From contig CAXXLX010000001.1 of NCBI GenBank assembly GCA_963665235.2, forward strand, positions 832,001 through 896,000: a DNA stretch of 64,000 nucleotides. The letters run 5' to 3'. This DNA is from Candidatus Poribacteria bacterium (GTDB lineage: Bacteria > Poribacteria > WGA-4E > WGA-3G). A program made the translations under genes and the position numbers. Below the pieces are notes generated by a model. That model was not told the DNA's origin and ran no database searches. It saw only the letters and a program-made list of their open reading frames with translations. This document shows, in pieces, positions 60,201-64,000 of the stretch. Position 1 is the stretch's first letter. Every line of letters begins with the position of its first letter.

Positions 60201-60309
60201 GGTCACACCGGAAATCCCATATCCGGTTTTCTCGTTTGATGTCGATGGGAATACGCTCTATGTCGGAACTAACGGCCATGGCGTGCTCCGCTTCTCGCTT
60301 GACGAATAG
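57223..60309 (+). CDS. ECF sigma-70 factor with TM helix and a large C-terminal BNR/beta-propeller domain
   Basis: Sigma2 (AQEITQDAF..WLY), sigma4 (TVKSRLHRAR), TM VPLAVSAASSILVLLLIG, and SxDxGxxW repeats. Confidence 0.9.
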   Translation: MKKYDDIELIQRTLEGDTQAFAALVEKYQEQIHALAWRKIGDFHIAQEITQDAFISAYQKLDTLTHHNRFAGWLYVITNNLCNMWHRKRRPQPESLEKLETTDPVELEEAYYSEYMSRQREEAAAQKRRIAVQKLLDTLQESERTVMTLHYLAGLSCEEISKFLGVSPNTVKSRLHRARERLKKEEAVLHENLSSFKLPPQLIENIMKKISRPTAPPAGNKPLVPLAVSAASSILVLLLIGSGMQHLLRFQQPYSFNATSEPKVEIINAKSNLPLLSKPAVRNRAGYSDVSGNSNGTKQKPNAPLFAAAMADEIEISNPKTRWVQTKGPEGGAVATLFETTRGDIYAATQNSLYRLTDDRLAWKHISNIKGPSHTSIAQRRGWWPVAERQGTVYIATDTGILGSTDRGETWETLCPRIKGRLVDMVVTDGMPETQNDITIYLAYTNGVFRWSNADKSWTPLPEGMTANEIRAIAAIENSVFAGTNNGLYRLNADTWEQVSIAQENAQEKTVGDIQGLAVAENRLYVLSGWNLEDKWTLESKDPKGDWVVGEGGWIGLTNATGPPFSLYCSTDRGDTWKSITPKQINTGISEIMWGTDPGSWIPLVPRHETSRYQFRPATPYPKIFAFAAGENVTVITSNKTFRSSDAGATWTPLSAIGDIIDSVVMLNANTFYRDGTYGIYRTTDGGKSWHPFNTGLVNTHVKKVIADSGILYANTQSGLVRSTDSGESWAAVPGDTGYLTRIAVFDGVLYARSNQNMAPQLFYYLFAEDNSLAGIPDVPILENRDPLGAILENRNVRARRGILKENRDEVLFLIPHNKGFFLSSQLGSFAVSDTAHYMEYDKKLFRWNIGAPDWYDTGLEDRGEFSFSKNGLQFEAHLGFKLAVSGKTVYVGKRDGHLMQSFDEGTRWNDVTADLPFSINHFKAIVFAENFVYVATDKGVVLSGNGTDWHTLTDAEGTPLVMSRLATDDTTVYGEAEQKIYQLNKDSGTWQQVTPEIPYPVFSFDVDGNTLYVGTNGHGVLRFSLDE

Positions 60310-60334
60310 CTGGAGGGTGTGTAAAGTTTTTTAC

Positions 60335-61214
60335 GGGCATTCGGGCGTAAGGTTTCCCAATCCTTTAGGTTTGGGATATAAGTTTCCCGCTAAGGGCGTA
60401 ATCCCTGAAAATTAATTTGAGGAATATTGATGACCTTGTGTCATAAATATCCCTCCTTTGACCAAAAACTGTGGTATAATTATACTGACACTTTTGGATA
60501 GGAGTTCTACCCTACACAAACTTTTGGATAGGAGTTCTACCCTACACAAACTCAGTGTGGGTCCTATCCCTCACCTGTAGAACGGTGTGTAGTGTTAGTG
60601 TTAGACCACTTAAAAAGTATATCGGGCAGTTAACGCATAATTGCATGAAAGCTTGTATCGTGGCGGGGGTGAAAGTCCGCACGTTGTATCACTGCCCCTC
60701 TCTTAAAATATCGTTTATGATTTCTTCAAAACGAGGCACGTGGGGATAGACAGGACCCTTCTGACCTGATATGCCTGTAGGATTTTTCACCTACAGGGAA
60801 TCGCGTGCGGGTGGAGACGACATAAAAGGATGTCCTCGGTGGGACCGATGTCCTCGGTGGGACCGATGTCCTCGGTGGGACCGATGTCCTCGGTGGGACC
60901 GATGTCCTCGGTGGGACCGATGTCCTCGGTGGGACCGATGTCCTCGGTGGGGACCGATGTCCTCGGTGGGACCGATGTCCTCGGTGGGACCGATGTCCTC
61001 GGTGGGACCGATGTCCTCGGTGGGACCGATGTCCTCGGTGGGACCGATGTCCTCGGTGGGACCGATGTCCTCGGTGGGACCGATGTCCTCGGTGGGGACC
61101 GATGTCCTCGGTGGGACCGATGTCCTCGGTGGGACCTCGGACGTTCGACCTTCGGGAAGAACGCAAACGTCTATGAAGCCGAAGCCCACGCCTTTAGGCG
61201 TTGGGTGCTATCAC
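60335..61214 (+). mobile_element. ORF-less IS200/IS605-type element with an internal 18-bp tandem repeat
   Basis: Preceded by TTAC; CTTTAG-loop terminal hairpins; right end GAAGCCCACGCCTTTAGGCGTTGGGTGCTATCAC; core shared with 19211..19603. Confidence 0.7.
60829..61137 (+). repeat. About 17 copies of the 18-bp unit GATGTCCTCGGTGGGACC
   Basis: Seen directly; each unit forms a GTCC...GGAC mini-hairpin. Confidence 0.92.
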
Positions 61215-61987
61215 TACAGGGACAATTGAATATATCTCTCTATACGGTATTGACCCCAACACAAGCAGAAATTTGGGAAGGAATGGTGATTTTCGAAAAG
61301 AGGGAGACATCTCCAGATACACTTCAGAACGAATTCAAATCGCAACGTTGGCAATTGGCAGAAGCAATCCTGGGACTACATACACAACAGCTCGGGCCGC
61401 TCAACGAAATTGCAGAGAAACGTTTGGAAATCGCTACCAAAGGGGTGCTCCAACAATACATTGAAGTGCGAAATCAGGACGACAGCGAAAAGCTTTGGTA
61501 TCTGCTTGACTTATATAGGCTCTGGGTGAAGGTCCTAAAGCAAAATATTCCTCGCGAACAGGCTGCTAAGGAGCTTGAAGCCATGAAGAAAACGTTGGCG
61601 GACGAAAGCTGGACTAACAAACTGTGGGGCGGCGCGGAGCTGTACAACATTACAAATCATCCGCTCTACCAACAGGCGATCAAAGATGTACTTCCTGATG
61701 AGGCATATTCGGAATATGTTGCCTGTCAAACCGAACGCCAGGTTTTCCAAGCACAAGCTGCCCGTGATATGTTAGTGGTATACATGGATACGGTCCTGCT
61801 CTTGAAAGGGACGCAACGGAAACAGTTGGAAACAGCGGCAGCGCAGGTGCCGCTTCTCTCGTTGAGTCTGGAGGGATTGCAAATAATGAATGCTGAACTT
61901 TTGCTAAGGATAGGCCCCGAGATTCTTATGCCTTGGTATCAGGCTGCTCTTGAACAAGACGGATTGGCGAATCCACTTACACAATAG
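61215..61987 (+). pseudogene. 5'-truncated paralog of 62019..63545
   Basis: LNISLYTVLTPTQAEIW...HPLYQQAIK aligns with LKISLQTILTPTQVKIW...HPLYQQTIK. Confidence 0.75.
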
Positions 61988-62018
61988 ATGCAACCCTATT
62001 GTAAAGGAGGTAAAACAG

Positions 62019-63545
62019 ATGCCCCGTTCTATTTTGATACTAATAATCACTATATTCACAAGCGTTGCCTTTGCACAAGAAAACGCGCCGAACGGCGGCA
62101 CCCTCCGTGGCGAAGTTTTTGACACAACCGCAGAACCGAACCCAATCGAAGGGGTTACAGTTAATATTGTTGGGATAGATAAAAAGGTAGTCACAGTCAA
62201 AACGGATGCCAAAGGGCAATATAAATGTGATAACCTCCCCGCAGGCCGCTATCTGATTAATATGAGTAAAAAGGGATACAATGACCGGGTCGGTAGGGCT
62301 GTTACAATCGTTGATGGCGGAGACCACTTCGTTCAGATTAGAATGCACAAAAGGGACAATGCAGTTCCTGTTATCGATAGACCCCTTGGTTATATCATTG
62401 GGAGTATAGGCGAGCGTTACAAATTGGAGGAGTCTTCTATGGGGGCACTCTATCAGTCGCTTCTTGAAGTACTCACTAGGTTGGAACCGGGAAATCTAGA
62501 GGCGAAATTACAAGAAAACAACCTGATGGGGGCAATGGCATTGTTGTCGCACCCTGATAGCAAGGCAGCCTTCGCGAAGCATCTAACCGAAACGCAACTT
62601 CACGATTATATAGAGTTCATCGAGAATCGACAACAGCGAGCATGGCAAACGGTCGCTCACTTCCTAACGGCGTTCCTCGACCAAACCCTCAGTCTGAATT
62701 CCAAGCAGCGCGAAGATGTGCTCAAATTGCTACTTGACACAATAGCGCATTCGCCGAAACTGGACCTAGACTCTATGTTTAGGGGCCCCAACTTACAGCG
62801 CGAAGCTGTGGATTTGCTACCTGATGATTTGAAAATATCTCTACAGACGATATTGACTCCAACTCAGGTAAAAATTTGGCACGGATTAATTAAACTGATA
62901 AATCCTAAAAGGGATTTGGTTGACGAATCTGAACTGTCAGAGATGATAGACGCGCTATTAACAGCACATACCGAACAACAGCTAGGAACGCTCAGTGAAC
63001 GGGAAAATCAACGTTTGCGGGTAGCCATCAAAGGAGTAATCCAACAAGCTATTGAAACGCAAAAGCCGGACATCGAGGAAAAAATCAACTATATTGATGC
63101 CTCATTTACGCTCCTAGCTGGACTCATAAGGCAAGATGTTCCTCGCGAACAGGCTGCTGAACAGCTCGAACTCCTGAAGAAAAAGTTCACGGATGAAATG
63201 GTTATGAGTAAACGATGGCGTGGGCCTGAACTGCCCGACCTTACGAGTCATCCGCTTTACCAACAGACAATCAAAGAGGTGCTATCTGAAGAGGCTTATC
63301 GACAATATACCGAACGTCAAACCGAACGACAAGTTTTCCAGACGCAGGCTTCGCAGGCAATGCTTGTGACCTCCTTAGACGCGGCGCTGCTCTTGAAGGA
63401 GACACACCGAAAACAGTTAGAAACAACTACAGCACAGCTGACGCTTCTCGCGTTGAGCGCGGAGGGGCTTCACATGATGACTACCGAAATGGTCATAACG
63501 ATGAACCCCGAGATACTGAGGCTTTTAAGGCTGTATAATGATTAA
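62019..63545 (+). CDS. Secreted protein with a carboxypeptidase-regulatory-like N-terminal domain
   Basis: Signal peptide; GTLRGEV.D...PIEGVTV...TDAKGQY...GRY...K.GY. Confidence 0.8.
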   Translation: MPRSILILIITIFTSVAFAQENAPNGGTLRGEVFDTTAEPNPIEGVTVNIVGIDKKVVTVKTDAKGQYKCDNLPAGRYLINMSKKGYNDRVGRAVTIVDGGDHFVQIRMHKRDNAVPVIDRPLGYIIGSIGERYKLEESSMGALYQSLLEVLTRLEPGNLEAKLQENNLMGAMALLSHPDSKAAFAKHLTETQLHDYIEFIENRQQRAWQTVAHFLTAFLDQTLSLNSKQREDVLKLLLDTIAHSPKLDLDSMFRGPNLQREAVDLLPDDLKISLQTILTPTQVKIWHGLIKLINPKRDLVDESELSEMIDALLTAHTEQQLGTLSERENQRLRVAIKGVIQQAIETQKPDIEEKINYIDASFTLLAGLIRQDVPREQAAEQLELLKKKFTDEMVMSKRWRGPELPDLTSHPLYQQTIKEVLSEEAYRQYTERQTERQVFQTQASQAMLVTSLDAALLLKETHRKQLETTTAQLTLLALSAEGLHMMTTEMVITMNPEILRLLRLYND

Positions 63546-63649
63546 TAGAAACAAAATACAGAATCAGGTGTCAGGTTTCTTGTCGAATGCATGTATCACT
63601 ATGATGAGGTAAACAAATGCCCCGTTCTATTTTAGTAATAATAATCACT

Positions 63650-64000
63650 ATTATTCTATCATTACCGCTTGTTAGAAATGAAACGGAGAACGACACAAAC
63701 TAAATGAAGATTAAAAAATTGATTCGGTAATTGCCCGACCCTAGACATCTGCTCTAATGTTTCTCTTGTGTGTGGTCTGTTATCTTGTTGTCTAAATCAC
63801 GGAAGGCGCGGAGGACGCGGAGTATACGGTGCGAAACACTCCAAGTTTTGTGATTATAGGTTAGGATGTTGTTCTTTCTATAAACATGCCGCCCCGCTGG
63901 GGCTAGGTTGTGGTGTGGTTGCGTTTGCTATAAACATATCGCCCCGCTGGGGCTATTTTTTGTTTTGTTTGTGTTTTCTATAAAGATACCGCCCCGCTGG
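63650..64000 (+). repeat. Mosaic repeat: TACCA-MITE leader fragment, a block shared with about 56185-56320, and a REP-C array running off the window
   Basis: Direct sequence identity; follows a short duplicated start of the 62019 gene at about 63617. Confidence 0.75.

Noticed and set aside
60830-61987. 385-aa protein with an N-terminal repeat domain
   Set aside because: The N-terminus is read-through from the 18-bp repeat and element end; only 61215 onward resembles the paralog.

Overview
This ~64 kb bacterial window most likely comes from Candidatus Poribacteria or a similar sponge-associated lineage. That is an inference from the gene set: PhyH dioxygenases, tandem LamG and WD40 proteins, cohesin/dockerin proteins with a PNPFNPETW C-terminal domain, and giant ECF sigma factors. 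Recognisable genes include glgP, glgC, a divergent glycogen synthase-like GT, hisB, dtd, dprA, a fused double uvrA and era. The intergenic space is dominated by layered mobile and repeat DNA. (1) A partial REP-associated tyrosine transposase (RAYT), missed by the ORF track, sits next to a 26-copy head-to-tail GTAG-REP array. (2) At least four TIR/TSD-bounded MITE families carry REP hairpins or whole REP arrays, nest inside each other and interrupt genes. (3) One REP unit is inserted in circularly permuted form inside a gene. (4) An IS607 with a Fanzor2-like, zinc-finger-less TnpB has inserted into a ribosome-binding site. (5) Two ORF-less IS200/605-type elements carry a promoter, a covarying RNA stem and a TnpB omegaRNA-like 3' end. 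A cohesin-dockerin cluster also includes an FGE/CLec protein whose C-terminus looks like a DGR variable region. No CRISPR array, rRNA or tRNA was found. All calls come from reading the sequence; no searches were run.
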